Shown here: positions 55,731 to 56,140 of the stretch, piece by piece | How positions within the stretch are numbered: position 1 is the first letter of the stretch | Layout: every line of letters begins with the position of its first letter | The notes under the pieces: model-generated | What the model saw: only the letters and a program-made list of their open reading frames with translations | The model's database searches: none | What the model was told of the DNA's origin: nothing | IMG/VR virus record: IMGVR_UViG_3300045988_093457 | Coordinates: 1 to 56,140 of that record | Strand: one strand, 5' to 3' | Length of the DNA: 56,140 nucleotides | DNA from: a virus | Translations under genes and position numbers: made by a program

Positions 55731-56003
55731 TCAGCCCTCATCGTATCGAGGAATATCAACGTCAATACGAATTTCTGCGAGATGTCCTCGAAGTTCTTGA
55801 TGAGAGATAAGTGCGGCACGTACAACACGTGAAGCTTCATCAGCATCATCTCTTGATGTAAAGATATTACCTTCGCGTGAAAGGAACTCAACAATAGTGC
55901 GACGGCTTTTATGCCAACTTTTGCAGAGATTGTCAATCAATTCAGGGCGAAAATCGCCTTCTCTAAGATACCAATATTCTTTCATGTAGGCAAATATAGC
56001 CAA
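55731..56003 (-). CDS. Hypothetical protein
   Basis: ATG-initiated ORF that coincides with a higher-GC patch. It competes with the TTG-initiated plus-strand ORF at 55598-55810. Confidence 0.35.
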   Translation of the reverse strand: MAIFAYMKEYWYLREGDFRPELIDNLCKSWHKSRRTIVEFLSREGNIFTSRDDADEASRVVRAALISHQELRGHLAEIRIDVDIPRYDEG

Positions 56004-56115
56004 AATACCTGAATAAAAGAATATGTTTAAATAAAAAAATTACAATAAAATATTGATATTAGCTACTATTTAGAGCATTAACGTAACTTCCTGCCTTTCA
56101 GTGATATTTTTCAGA

Positions 56116-56140
56116 CGCGCAAGCTGCTGTTGAGGAATAA
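56116..56140. repeat. Right copy of the 25-bp terminal direct repeat
   Basis: Exact copy of 1-25, ending at the last base of the window. Confidence 0.95.

Noticed and set aside
55598-55810. 70-aa plus-strand ORF
   Set aside because: It starts with TTG and has no in-frame ATG near the start. It overlaps the ATG-initiated minus-strand ORF, which matches the local composition better. Neither ORF is well supported.
1-56140. Possible alternative genetic code (stop-codon reassignment), as seen in some Bacteroidota phages
   Set aside because: Late genes, including a 4,474-codon ORF, are open in the standard code, and gene boundaries are clean. Recoding is not needed to explain the ORFs.
1-56140. 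Diversity-generating retroelement, retron or CRISPR array
   Set aside because: No reverse-transcriptase-like ORF (no YxDD motif-bearing protein), no template/variable repeat pair near the fibre genes, and no regularly spaced repeats were seen.

Overview
The 56,140-nt window reads as one complete temperate phage or prophage of a Bacteroidota-type host. The host call rests on the integrase architecture, PcfJ/PcfK and DUF4494-like genes, and TAnnTTTG -7 boxes.

Layout:
- Ends: an identical 25-bp sequence sits at both ends (1-25 and 56116-56140). A tyrosine integrase starts 185 nt inside the left copy, so this is either attL/attR or a circular-assembly overlap.
- 2.2-19.4 kb (+): ejection and internal-virion genes, dominated by a single 4,474-aa polyvalent protein, then the portal.
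- 19.5-22.9 kb (-): large terminase, preceded by a 6-TM rhomboid-like protease gene.
- 23.0-32.7 kb (+): scaffold, major capsid, connector, tail fibres (including a sharply AT-rich cassette with a metallophosphoesterase fibre), an embedded lysis cassette and three tandem paralogs.
- 52.1 down to 32.8 kb (-): one long, tightly packed early/middle operon. It carries RecT, a YqaJ exonuclease, SSB, HU, VRR-NUC, a replication organiser with internal iterons, a radical-SAM operon, PcfK/PcfJ, Dam, DUF4406, and a pyrophosphohydrolase-HNH fusion. It ends in a 1,022-aa beta-rich protein.
- 52.1-54.9 kb: the regulatory region.
- 54.9-56.1 kb: a moron region.

I saw no DNA polymerase, helicase, tape-measure, sheath, reverse transcriptase or CRISPR array, so the gene content looks podovirus-like.

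The stretch I could least explain is 51.97-53.77 kb. It holds three tRNA-derived genes that all lack a canonical anticodon arm. It also holds three hairpins with unrelated, compensating stems and a nearly invariant 14-nt apical sequence. Two paralogous 50-aa hydrophobic peptides bracket the region, and GC-only inverted-repeat boxes lie within it.

All protein family calls come from motifs recognised by eye. No searches were run.
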